Origin: an uncultured Acidimicrobiia bacterium | GTDB lineage: Bacteria; Acidobacteriota; Terriglobia; Versatilivoradales; Versatilivoraceae | Assembly: GCA_963786955.1 (NCBI GenBank) | Contig: CAWBAT010000008.1 | Span: 64,001 to 128,000 of the forward strand | DNA length: 64,000 nucleotides | Direction of reading: 5' to 3' | In this document: in pieces, positions 31,531 to 40,168 of the stretch | Layout: each line of letters starts with the position of its first letter | Numbering within the stretch: position 1 is the first letter of the stretch | Notes under the pieces: model-generated | Seen by the model: the letters and a program-made list of their open reading frames with translations, nothing else | Told to the model about the DNA's origin: nothing | The model's database searches: none | Translations under genes and position numbers: made by a program

Positions 31531-31899
31531 CGTTTCTCTCACTCTCTCTAGGCAACGGCGAATTTTAACTTCCTGCGCCGAACCAGAAGTTCCCAATCAT
31601 GAGTTACCTTTGTGGTGACTCTGCGATGCGCTCATAAAGTACCCTAGTGATTCCGCTGAGAAAGTGTTCGAGGCTCTCAGCAACCACCAGTAGAAAAGAA
31701 TTCCAAGTCCTGTCGATGAAGCTGTGACAATGGGGGGACAGTGTGCACTTGAAAGCGCTATTGCTCTGATCTTGCCATGTGAACAGCGTTTGGGGCGTGT
31801 TACTGAGGTCATCCAAGTCCCTGAAAATCGTTATGGCACAGTCCGGCACGCGCGTGCTCATTGTAATATCGGCCCGAAGTGCGGGCAAGATTAATCCCG

Positions 31900-32130
31900 C
31901 ATGCCCTTGCGAGCGTCGGATCATCGAGGACGCCGTACCAGGCTTGGTGTAGCTTTGCGATGAAGTCGATGTTGGCGGAGGACTCGGGGAGTGGTGACTT
32001 CATAACGAATTAGGGCCTGACACGATCCTGAGGATTGAATTCACGAACATAGCGGGGCAGGTATTTGATTTCGATGTCGGGGTGAGCGCTAAGCACTTCT
32101 CGAATCGGTCGGCCTTGCTTATCCAGTCCA
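31900..32130 (-). mobile_element. Degenerate IS630-family transposase C-terminal fragment
   Basis: Manual translation GRPIREVLSAHPDIEIKYLPRYVREFNPQDRV resembles the IS630 LPxYSPELNPIE motif; stop codons on both sides. Confidence 0.45.
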
Positions 32131-32165
32131 CATAGAATGCAAGACTTTCTTCATTCCGAAGAAAC

Positions 32166-32864
32166 TCAGTGGGTCCAATCGAAACAGGTAAGATTCCACT
32201 CCGGGCCCTCGACCGCGACCGCTCCCACGTAGCCCGGTTCGACCGGAATATCCCGTAAATGCCAGAGCGAAGCGTCTGCGAATCCTGGTAACGATCTCAA
32301 CAGAGCCGCGGGTTCTCCGGGACTCAAGGAAACCTCAAACTGATCCAGGTCAATCCCCAGCCCTTTACCCAATCCTTTGATGTAGGCTTCCTTGCGTGTC
32401 CAGCAGCGAAAAAAGGCGCTGCACCGTTCAGAGGGAAGAAGCCTCATGAGTTTGGCTGTCTCCTCCTGACAGAAGAAACGCACGGCTAGCACTTCCATGT
32501 CAGAAATCTGCCTGATCTGTTCCACATCGATGCCGATCTCACGTTCTATCGAAAAGCCGAAGACCGCCACGTCTTGCGAGTGTGCAAGGTTGAATCGAAG
32601 CCCCTCTTTGTTTTCAATGAAAGGTTTGCCATATGGACTGTAGTGGAGACTTAATTGGTTCGGTTGGCTGCTGAGATAATTTCCCAATAGTGTGCGTAAG
32701 ATCCCACGGGAGACCACAAACTGCTTGCGGTCTTTTTCGAAATGGAATCGGTTCGCGCGCGAAATTTCATCGTCTGAGAGCAAATCTTCGAGATCCCGCT
32801 GAGCGATATCTTTGGAATCTAAAACGGCTTGCCAAACATGAACTTCGTTAGTTTTGAGCCTCAA
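32166..32864 (-). CDS. Sfp-type 4'-phosphopantetheinyl transferase
   Basis: YGKP, FNLAHS, IGIDVE and FFRCWTRKEAYIKG motifs. Confidence 0.93.
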   Translation of the reverse strand: MRLKTNEVHVWQAVLDSKDIAQRDLEDLLSDDEISRANRFHFEKDRKQFVVSRGILRTLLGNYLSSQPNQLSLHYSPYGKPFIENKEGLRFNLAHSQDVAVFGFSIEREIGIDVEQIRQISDMEVLAVRFFCQEETAKLMRLLPSERCSAFFRCWTRKEAYIKGLGKGLGIDLDQFEVSLSPGEPAALLRSLPGFADASLWHLRDIPVEPGYVGAVAVEGPEWNLTCFDWTH

Positions 32865-32970
32865 TGGCTGAATGGAAGAGTGATTTCGAGTCGTGACTCC
32901 CTCCCCGACTCTATGGATAAGGTCTGACTGAAGGGCGTTGCGAGACTTGAAGAAAAGAGTACAAACTGAT

Positions 32971-33057
32971 TGGTGCGGAAGGGGGGACTTGAACCCCCAC
33001 GCCCTTGCGAGCGCTAGAACCTGAATCTAGTGCGTCTGCCAATTCCGCCACTTCCGC
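32971..33057 (-). tRNA. tRNA-Leu(CAG)
   Basis: GCGGAAGTGGCGGAATTGGCAGACGCA-CTAGA-TTCAGGT-TCTAG...GTTCAAGTC...CTTCCGCACCA; long variable arm, encoded CCA. Confidence 0.97.
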
Positions 33058-33067
33058 AACATGCTTG

Positions 33068-33096
33068 TTTCTACCATAGCCACTTTTCTCAAGCAA
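33068..33096 (-). promoter_or_regulatory. Putative sigma70 promoter of tRNA-Leu
   Basis: TTGCTT-N17-TAGAAA with TGn extension, just upstream of the tRNA. Confidence 0.45.
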
Positions 33097-33160
33097 GGAA
33101 AACATAGGCCACGTGCCATCTTCAGCGGTATCTAGATTGTACGAAACCGCGATAACCCTC

Positions 33161-33949
33161 CTAGTCGTCCGGCCTCGTAGAACTCGTCCCTCCAGAAAGA
33201 GCTTGGATTTGGAATCCATTTCGGGAAAGCGCTTCCCTGATATGCCTCAAGATAGTTAATGCCGAAGGATTGTCTCCATGAATGCAAATCGTGTCGGCAT
33301 GAAGGGATATTTCTGCCCCGCTTGCTGTTTTGAGTTTACCCTTGAGAACGATGTCCAAGCATTGCCGGGACGCCTGGACAGGATCTGTAATGAGGGATCC
33401 CGGTTGGGATCTTGGGGTGAGGCTTCCGTCAGTTTCATAAGTTCGGTCGGCGAAAGCTTCCTCCGCAAATGGGATCCTGGCAGCCTTGGCCGCAGCAATC
33501 AACTGTGAGCCGGCGGCCCCAAACAGAATCCATTCAGGATTCAAAATTCTTACAGTACTTGCTATTACTTGGGCGAATTTCCAATTTTTGGCGGCCTCAT
33601 TGTAAAGCCAGCCATGGGGTTTGATGTGGCGAATCTGGCTGCCGGCAGCTCGAGCAAAAGCATCCAGCGCACCAATCTGGTACAGCAAGAGATTTTCGAT
33701 ATCCTCTGTTGTAAGATTCATTGCGCGTCGGCCAAAACCTTCCGCGTCTTGCGTTCCCGGATGAGCTCCAATCGAAACACCATGACGCAGCGCCAACGAG
33801 ACGCTCTCTCGCATTACCTGCGGATCGCCGGCATGAAAACCGCAAGCAATGTTTGCCGAAGAGATGAGGGGGAAAATAGCGGCGTCTCCACCAGACTTGG
33901 CAATCCCAGTCCCCTCACCCAAGTCGCAATTAAGATCGATCGCTTTCAT
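33161..33949 (-). CDS. pxpA: 5-oxoprolinase subunit A (LamB/YcsF family)
   Basis: IDLNCDLGE, SANIACGFHAGDP, GAHP, HIKPHG, EAFADRTY and TICIHGD motifs. Confidence 0.92.
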   Translation of the reverse strand: MKAIDLNCDLGEGTGIAKSGGDAAIFPLISSANIACGFHAGDPQVMRESVSLALRHGVSIGAHPGTQDAEGFGRRAMNLTTEDIENLLLYQIGALDAFARAAGSQIRHIKPHGWLYNEAAKNWKFAQVIASTVRILNPEWILFGAAGSQLIAAAKAARIPFAEEAFADRTYETDGSLTPRSQPGSLITDPVQASRQCLDIVLKGKLKTASGAEISLHADTICIHGDNPSALTILRHIREALSRNGFQIQALSGGTSSTRPDD

Positions 33950-33960
33950 AAACGCCTAAA

Positions 33961-34009
33961 GTCGGACGTCCAAGGTCGAAGGTCAAAAGTCGAAAGTCAA
34001 AGGTCAGGA
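33961..34009. repeat. Heptanucleotide tandem repeat (7 units, consensus GTCNAAR)
   Basis: gtcggac gtccaag gtcgaag gtcaaaa gtcgaaa gtcaaag gtcagga; complementary units at about 34059-34075. Confidence 0.7.
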
Positions 34010-34080
34010 GTTTAAGCTCAGAATTCAAATGTAAAATCGTTTCATTCGGGAATGGGCATTCGACCTTAGACTTTATTTTA

Positions 34081-35352
34081 TTATGACTGCAACGGCAGCT
34101 CGGGTTCAACAACGGTTTCCTGATAAACGCCTACCCAGTTGGCAATCAGCCAGACCGCGCCGGTTAGGAACGTCAAAATGCCAGCAATTAACGCAATGGC
34201 TCGAATGCCCACATAGTGTTCCCCCACGCCCGCCAGAAGCATGGATACGACCATCGTAAAGATCACCAAGCTGTCTTTGGTCGAAAACGTTCGACCCCGA
34301 AACTCGCTGGGAACGATATTCATCAACAAGGTGGTGGCAATGATATGGGTAATTCCCATCGTTACACGACTCACAGCGATCCAAAAAAAACCGGTTGAAA
34401 GAAAATGTGTGAAGCTGAAAATACTGTAAAAGACTCCGGTCAATGCCATGCAAATGCCGATGACCCATTTGGTGACAACGAAGGTTAGGTGACGAAAGTA
34501 AAAATTGGCAATTGTGGCGCCAATCATGATTCCGAGGCCGCCCGCCGAGTACAGGAGTCCAATGCCGGCATCTCCCGCGTGGTAGATGTCCACGGCGAAA
34601 ACAGTGAACAAAATTTGAGCGGCTCCGCCGCCAGTCGCCCATCCAACGCCAATCAACACCAGCCCGAGGACGACCGCATTCCTCCAAATATAGAGAATTC
34701 CGTCATGAAATTCTTTGAAGAACGAGGTTTCGGGGTGAGTGTCTGTGGGAGACCGGCGAGAAGCCTTTTCCTGGAATTTCACGTTCAGGATAAAAGCGGC
34801 AGATCCCAAAAACGAAAATGCATTAATGAGGAAGGCGATATTATAGCCGAACCATAGTGTTGCAAATCCACCGATGGCGCCACCAGCCATTTGCAAGACC
34901 GCCGTGGTTGAGCCGGTCAAGGCATTTGCGGGAGTGAGCTGGTGAGCTTCACAAAGTTCCGGAATGGCTGCCGTTTTGGCAGTAGAGAAGAAAATGGACA
35001 CGGCGGTGAGGAGAGCACTGAAAAGGTATGCCATCCAAACTCGTTCATGGGAATTCACAACGAGGAACCCCAGTGCCAGCAAAGCACGAGCGTAATCAGA
35101 ACCGAGAAGAAGCGTCCGGCGACTCAGTCGGTCTGTAAAGACACCTGCGAAGGGGCCAAAGACAACGGAAGGAACCGTTCGGCAAAGCAAAATGGCCGTG
35201 ACGACGAGGCCGGAGCCGGTCAAATGCAAAGCCAATCCTAGAACAGCAACATTATTGAACCAGTCCCCCAGTTCACTAATAATTTGCCCAAACCACAACG
35301 AGCGGAAATTCTTGTTTGTTTTAACAAGCTGAACGTACCCCAAAGAGCTCAT
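34081..35352 (-). CDS. MFS transporter (MFS_3/H+ antiporter-like)
   Basis: NFRSLWFGQIISELGDW, GVFTDRLSRR and VPSEFRGR motifs; about 12 TM segments. Confidence 0.9.
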   Translation of the reverse strand: MSSLGYVQLVKTNKNFRSLWFGQIISELGDWFNNVAVLGLALHLTGSGLVVTAILLCRTVPSVVFGPFAGVFTDRLSRRTLLLGSDYARALLALGFLVVNSHERVWMAYLFSALLTAVSIFFSTAKTAAIPELCEAHQLTPANALTGSTTAVLQMAGGAIGGFATLWFGYNIAFLINAFSFLGSAAFILNVKFQEKASRRSPTDTHPETSFFKEFHDGILYIWRNAVVLGLVLIGVGWATGGGAAQILFTVFAVDIYHAGDAGIGLLYSAGGLGIMIGATIANFYFRHLTFVVTKWVIGICMALTGVFYSIFSFTHFLSTGFFWIAVSRVTMGITHIIATTLLMNIVPSEFRGRTFSTKDSLVIFTMVVSMLLAGVGEHYVGIRAIALIAGILTFLTGAVWLIANWVGVYQETVVEPELPLQS

Positions 35353-35611
35353 GGCCGGATTATAGCCTATCCGTTCGAGTTCTCTTTTGACCAATTTGAA
35401 ATTGTCGATGAAGCCTGCCTCTCTTCACTTCCTTTACTGAGCGTCCATTCGTTTGGCTGCGAAGCTCCTCTTTGCCCCGCCTTTCCTGATGATGGAAGAT
35501 TAAGGACGAATGGTGAAGGGCGGCATTTTCAACGTGATCGCTTTTCTTTCCAATTTCACGGAGACATGATAGAAGCATCAGAAAAGATCATGAGCTCAGA
35601 AGGAAAAATCA

Positions 35612-38023
35612 ATGGAGTCAACCGAAGAAAGGATCCTGGCAGAACTTAAGTCGGTGCCGTCACGTCTGCTTAGTTCTAAGCAACTCATTCGAATGCTCGG
35701 CCTCGAATCTGACCAACGGCATGAACTGCGGATGACGCTACACGACATGGTCAAATCAGGAACCCTCATCAAACTAAAAGGCAATCGCTATACTTTGCCT
35801 GCAGAGAGCCAATTGGTCAGCGGGAGACTCTCGACCCATCGGGATGGTTATGGATTTGTAATTCCCGAAAAGAAGATACCCCAACTGGAAGGGGATGTGT
35901 TCATCCCGGCGCGTTACATGTCGGATGCCATGGACGGAGACCGGGTGATGGCGACCATGGAAGAATCCAGGCGCGGGAATCGGTCTGAAGGCCGGATCAT
36001 CAAGATTATCGAAAGAAAAAATTTAACCATCGTCGGACAATTCAAGCGGACGGCGCAGGAAAACTTCGTGGTCCCTTATGATCCCAAAATTCAACAGGAA
36101 ATCCTGATCCGCGATGAAGACGACATGAATGCCCCGCCGGATTCAATCGTCAACGTCGAAGTCACCCATTTCCCTCACGGCTATCGCCGGATGCGGGGCA
36201 AGATCGTCGAGATTCTTGGATTTAAAGGGGATTTCGGCATCGACGTCGAAATTATTATTCGAAAACACCAGATCCCGGTGCAGTTTCCAGTGGCTGTCTT
36301 GAGGCAAGCCGACGACATTCGGGATGAAGTGGACGCGTCGGAAGTTGAAAAGCGAACGGATTTCCGAAAGCTTCCGATTGTGACCATCGATGGCGAGACG
36401 GCCAAAGACTTCGACGACGCCGTTCATGTCGAAGAACTCGAAAACGGGAATTTCTTGCTCGGCGTTCACATTGCGGATGTAGCCCATTACATCCGGAAAG
36501 ATTCTCCCCTGGACCGCGAAGCGAAACAGCGGGGGACCTCGGTTTATTTCCCGGATCGTGCCGTCCCGATGCTTCCCGAAAAACTTTCGAACGGAATTTG
36601 CAGTTTGAAACCGAAACTGGATCGGTTGACTTTGTCTGTTCTGATGGAGATTGATCGCGCCGGAAACACCATAGAGTATTCGTTGCATGATGGAATCATC
36701 TGCAGTCAGGAACGCATGACATACACCTCGGTCGGCAAGATTTTGGTCGACCGGGATCCGGAAGAATCTGCCCGGTACTCAAGCCTGATCTCCCACTTCG
36801 AGCAGATGGAGAAGCTGGCGCTCATCCTGAATGGGAAGAGAAGAAACCGCGGATCGATTGATTTTGATTTGCCTGAGCCAGTTATATCTTTCGATGCAAC
36901 GGGCACCATGGTGGGGATCCTCAAGTCCGAACGAAACATGGCGCACCGTATTATTGAAGAATTCATGTTAACTGCCAATGAGACGGTCGCCCACCATTTG
37001 TTCGCGCGAAAAGTTGCCTCCCTCTATCGAATTCATGAAACTCCAGACCCGGTCAAGGTTTATGAGTTTAATGAAATTGCGCAAAGTTTTGGGTACAGCC
37101 TGGGAAGAGTGATCGGGGAGAAGAGTCTGGCGCCTCTTCCAAGACTGAAAGATCGGGTGCGGCGAGGCCGGGGAGGCAGAGAAGTCCATGCTTCGAGAAA
37201 TCAGGAACTGCAGGGGCTTAACATCAGGGTTTCCCCCAAAGATTATCAGAAACTGGTCGATCAGATCTCCGGGAAGCCGGAAGAACGGATCTTGTCATAC
37301 CTCATGCTGCGTTCATTGAAACAAGCCTGCTACTCGCCGCTGAACAAAGGCCATTTTGGGCTCGCGTCTTCCTGTTATACCCACTTCACTTCGCCCATTC
37401 GGCGCTATCCGGACTTGATGGTCCATCGCATACTCAGGAACACCCTTCAACTCGGGACAACCAGCACCGACCCATCCTCAACAAGGGTTTTTTCCTTTCG
37501 GAGGGAGACCTTGCAAGAGCCCACTGTAGCGCACCCTGGCCATGAAAAACTACCCAGGCGGGCTCCAAAAAAAATGCCCAAAGGGGAAGGGGATTCTGTA
37601 AGCGAGCCTTCTCTTTATAGCTCTGAAGAACTGGAATTGATCGCCTCTCACTCCAGTCAGATGGAAAGGCGTTCGGATGATGCGGAGCGGGAGTTGGTTA
37701 ATCTCAAGAAATTAGAATTCATGGCTGACAAGCTCGGTGAAGAATTTGAAGGGATTGTCATTCACATTACGAAAGACGGGATGTTTGTTGAATTAATGGA
37801 GCTATTCATCGAGGGGTTTGTTCGGCTCACGACATTGGAAGGAGATTTTCAATACAAAGAGCGTCCGATCAGCTTGGTGGCGCCACAAAGCAAAATTGTC
37901 TATCGACTGGGAGACCGGCTCATGTTCGGAGTGGATCGCATCGATCGTTTCCGACAGCGGGTGGATCTGTCCGTGGTCAGACGCCCTTCGTCAACCGGTG
38001 ATTCCAAAGGAACGAAGGCATGA
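35612..38023 (+). CDS. rnr: Ribonuclease R
   Basis: N-terminal HTH, HRDGYGFV cold-shock domains, TIDGETAKDFDDAV, HFTSPIRRYPDL, C-terminal S1 domain. Confidence 0.95.
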   Translation: MESTEERILAELKSVPSRLLSSKQLIRMLGLESDQRHELRMTLHDMVKSGTLIKLKGNRYTLPAESQLVSGRLSTHRDGYGFVIPEKKIPQLEGDVFIPARYMSDAMDGDRVMATMEESRRGNRSEGRIIKIIERKNLTIVGQFKRTAQENFVVPYDPKIQQEILIRDEDDMNAPPDSIVNVEVTHFPHGYRRMRGKIVEILGFKGDFGIDVEIIIRKHQIPVQFPVAVLRQADDIRDEVDASEVEKRTDFRKLPIVTIDGETAKDFDDAVHVEELENGNFLLGVHIADVAHYIRKDSPLDREAKQRGTSVYFPDRAVPMLPEKLSNGICSLKPKLDRLTLSVLMEIDRAGNTIEYSLHDGIICSQERMTYTSVGKILVDRDPEESARYSSLISHFEQMEKLALILNGKRRNRGSIDFDLPEPVISFDATGTMVGILKSERNMAHRIIEEFMLTANETVAHHLFARKVASLYRIHETPDPVKVYEFNEIAQSFGYSLGRVIGEKSLAPLPRLKDRVRRGRGGREVHASRNQELQGLNIRVSPKDYQKLVDQISGKPEERILSYLMLRSLKQACYSPLNKGHFGLASSCYTHFTSPIRRYPDLMVHRILRNTLQLGTTSTDPSSTRVFSFRRETLQEPTVAHPGHEKLPRRAPKKMPKGEGDSVSEPSLYSSEELELIASHSSQMERRSDDAERELVNLKKLEFMADKLGEEFEGIVIHITKDGMFVELMELFIEGFVRLTTLEGDFQYKERPISLVAPQSKIVYRLGDRLMFGVDRIDRFRQRVDLSVVRRPSSTGDSKGTKA

Positions 38024-39564
38024 AGAACCTAATCTGCGTGTCATTTTTACTCACGGGATTTTTGTGCTCGGCCGTCTCGGTCCTATCTCCTCAAGCCTCG
38101 GACACGAGAGGCAAGGAGATTCGAAATGTGTTGTTCATCATGGGCGATGACCACTCGGCCGAGGTGTTGGGGTGCTACGGCAATAAGATCATTCGGACGC
38201 CGAATCTTGATCAACTTGCTTTGCAGGGCACACGATTCGACCGGGCATTCGTCAACGCTCCGTTGTGCACACCTTCGCGGCAGTCTCTCATTACTGGCAA
38301 ATTGCCGCACGCCGCTGGAGTCACTTTGCTCCAAACTCCACTCAGTAGCGAACAGGTCACAATCGCAGACCATCTCACGAAATTGGGTTTTGCCACCGGA
38401 GCAATCGGCAAAATGCATTTCAACAGCCAACTCAATCATGGATTCGGCTATCGCATCGATACACCGGATTACCAGAAACACCTCGACCAGTATCCCCCGA
38501 AGATACTGCCAGAAGGCACTCGAATTAAACCCGTTTGGAAGCCATTTCAAGATCCAGCACGGATTTGGCTGAACGCCGATGGACTTCCTGTGGGCTATAT
38601 GGATGCGGACAGCGAAGGCCCTTACTTTTCCGCACGTACCGTCGATTTCCTCCGAAAAAATAAGACAAATCGATTCTGCCTCTGGCTGAGTTATCACCAG
38701 CCTCATTCCCCTTTTGATTTTCCGGTCGAGTATGCCGGCAAATATGATCCGGGGAAAATGCCGCTTCCCCAGCCCGGGCCTGAGGACCTGCGCTGGATAC
38801 CGGCAATCTTCAGAGATCTGACGGAGGCTGATAAGCGGGGAATCGTTGCCTCGTATTACGAGTCAGTCGAATACCATGACAAAAACATTGGGTTGGTCCT
38901 TGACGAGCTCAAGAGATTGGGACTGGAACAATCAACCCTGGTGATCTATGTGGGTGATAACGGCTATCTCCTTGGTCACCACGGGCGATTCGAGAAGCAC
39001 ACGATGTGGGAGCAGGCGGTTCGGGTACCTTTGATCATTCGCCGAGGGTCCGGTCAAGGGCAAGTGAGGACTTCAAACGCCCTAGTCGAGTTCATTGACC
39101 TCGTGCCAACGATTTTGGAAGTGCTAAAGGTTCCCGCGATGAAGGATCTTCAGGGGAAGAGCCTCGTGCCGCTTATAGATGGCAAGACAAAGGTGCACCG
39201 GGATTCGATTTTCAGCGAATACCTGGAAGATAACCTTGTGATGCTGCGTACCGAAGAATGGAAATATGTCTTTACATCGGGGAAAGCGGATTTGGCGATA
39301 GGCTATGCAACAGGGTACCCCCCACCGGGAATCACACACTGGCTTTACAATTTGAAGCAGGATCCAGGAGAAACTCATAACCTGGCCGGCAACCCGCAAT
39401 ATCAAGCAAAACTCGTAGAACTTCAGAATGCCTTGCTCAGCCGCTTTCAAGAAACGCACCCTTACGCCAAAGACTTTCCTCCGGCAGGGGCATCCATTAA
39501 TGAGGCGCTCACCTGGTTCTGTGACCCTCCAGAAAGCACCATGCCGGCAACAAGTAAGAAATAA
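38020..39564 (+). CDS. Secreted sulfatase (Cys-type, choline-sulfatase-like)
   Basis: NVLFIMGDD, CTPSRQSLITG, GKMHF and GDNGY motifs; signal peptide. Confidence 0.93.
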   Translation: MKNLICVSFLLTGFLCSAVSVLSPQASDTRGKEIRNVLFIMGDDHSAEVLGCYGNKIIRTPNLDQLALQGTRFDRAFVNAPLCTPSRQSLITGKLPHAAGVTLLQTPLSSEQVTIADHLTKLGFATGAIGKMHFNSQLNHGFGYRIDTPDYQKHLDQYPPKILPEGTRIKPVWKPFQDPARIWLNADGLPVGYMDADSEGPYFSARTVDFLRKNKTNRFCLWLSYHQPHSPFDFPVEYAGKYDPGKMPLPQPGPEDLRWIPAIFRDLTEADKRGIVASYYESVEYHDKNIGLVLDELKRLGLEQSTLVIYVGDNGYLLGHHGRFEKHTMWEQAVRVPLIIRRGSGQGQVRTSNALVEFIDLVPTILEVLKVPAMKDLQGKSLVPLIDGKTKVHRDSIFSEYLEDNLVMLRTEEWKYVFTSGKADLAIGYATGYPPPGITHWLYNLKQDPGETHNLAGNPQYQAKLVELQNALLSRFQETHPYAKDFPPAGASINEALTWFCDPPESTMPATSKK

Positions 39565-39855
39565 GCTTTTGGAGATGTCTGAGCGTGTTAGCCAACATTA
39601 GAATGCACAAGTGTTGTACAGTTTATTCACACGGGCTGAGCTTTGCGAAGCCTCATTTTGGTAATGCGGGCGCGTGGGACCGCTGTCTCCCGCCACGCGC
39701 TTCTGGGCAGTTCAGGCCGCTTGGAAGCAGGCGGGGACGCCTGCACCACAAGTTTGTGGTGCGGGCCTCTGGCCTGCACAAATATCCAATTTGCGGGGAT
39801 ATACGCGCGGCCTCCTGGAATGGGGCTCTCAGCCAGCCTTCCTCCGGCTCGCGAT

Positions 39856-39884
39856 TTGACAATTTTGGCCCGCTCTTCTAATAT
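39856..39884 (+). promoter_or_regulatory. Putative sigma70 promoter of tRNA-Met
   Basis: TTGACA-N17-TAATAT followed by a GC-rich discriminator. Confidence 0.65.
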
Positions 39885-39912
39885 TTGGCTCGCCGCAGTT
39901 CTCTTCTCTTGT

Positions 39913-39989
39913 GGCGGGGTAGCTCAGGTGGTTAGAGCGAAGGATTCATAACCCTTAGGTCGGGAGTTCAAGTCTCCCCCCCGCTACCA
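39913..39989 (+). tRNA. tRNA with CAT anticodon (probably elongator tRNA-Met)
   Basis: GGCGGGGTAGCTCAGGTGGTTAGAGCG-AAGGA-TTCATAA-CCCTT...GTTCAAGTC...CCCCGCTACCA; lacks initiator features (C1 mismatch, three G-C anticodon pairs). tRNA-Ile2 not excluded. Confidence 0.93.
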
Positions 39990-40076
39990 CTTATTCAATA
40001 ATTTAGTGATTTTGTCCGTCCTAATATCCTCGAACAAATTCCACGTGTCGTTGTCATCAATTAACTAATTAACTGT

Positions 40077-40145
40077 TGGAGGGCCGAGTTCTACGAGGCC
40101 GGGTTGAGCAGAGGACATTCCGGCTTCGCAGAGCTCAGCCCTCCA
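40077..40145. repeat. REP doublet (family A outer arms)
   Basis: TGGAGGGCCGAGTTCTACGAGGCCGG...CCGGCTTCGCAGAGCTCAGCCCTCCA inverted pair; single arms at about 13940 and 63100. Confidence 0.65.
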
Positions 40146-40168
40146 GTAATTAAGTTCGGGATTCGGAT

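Noticed and set aside
32911-33219. 102-aa ORF (and similarly 39643-39951)
   Set aside because: These overlap tRNA genes, their promoters or repeats; spurious.
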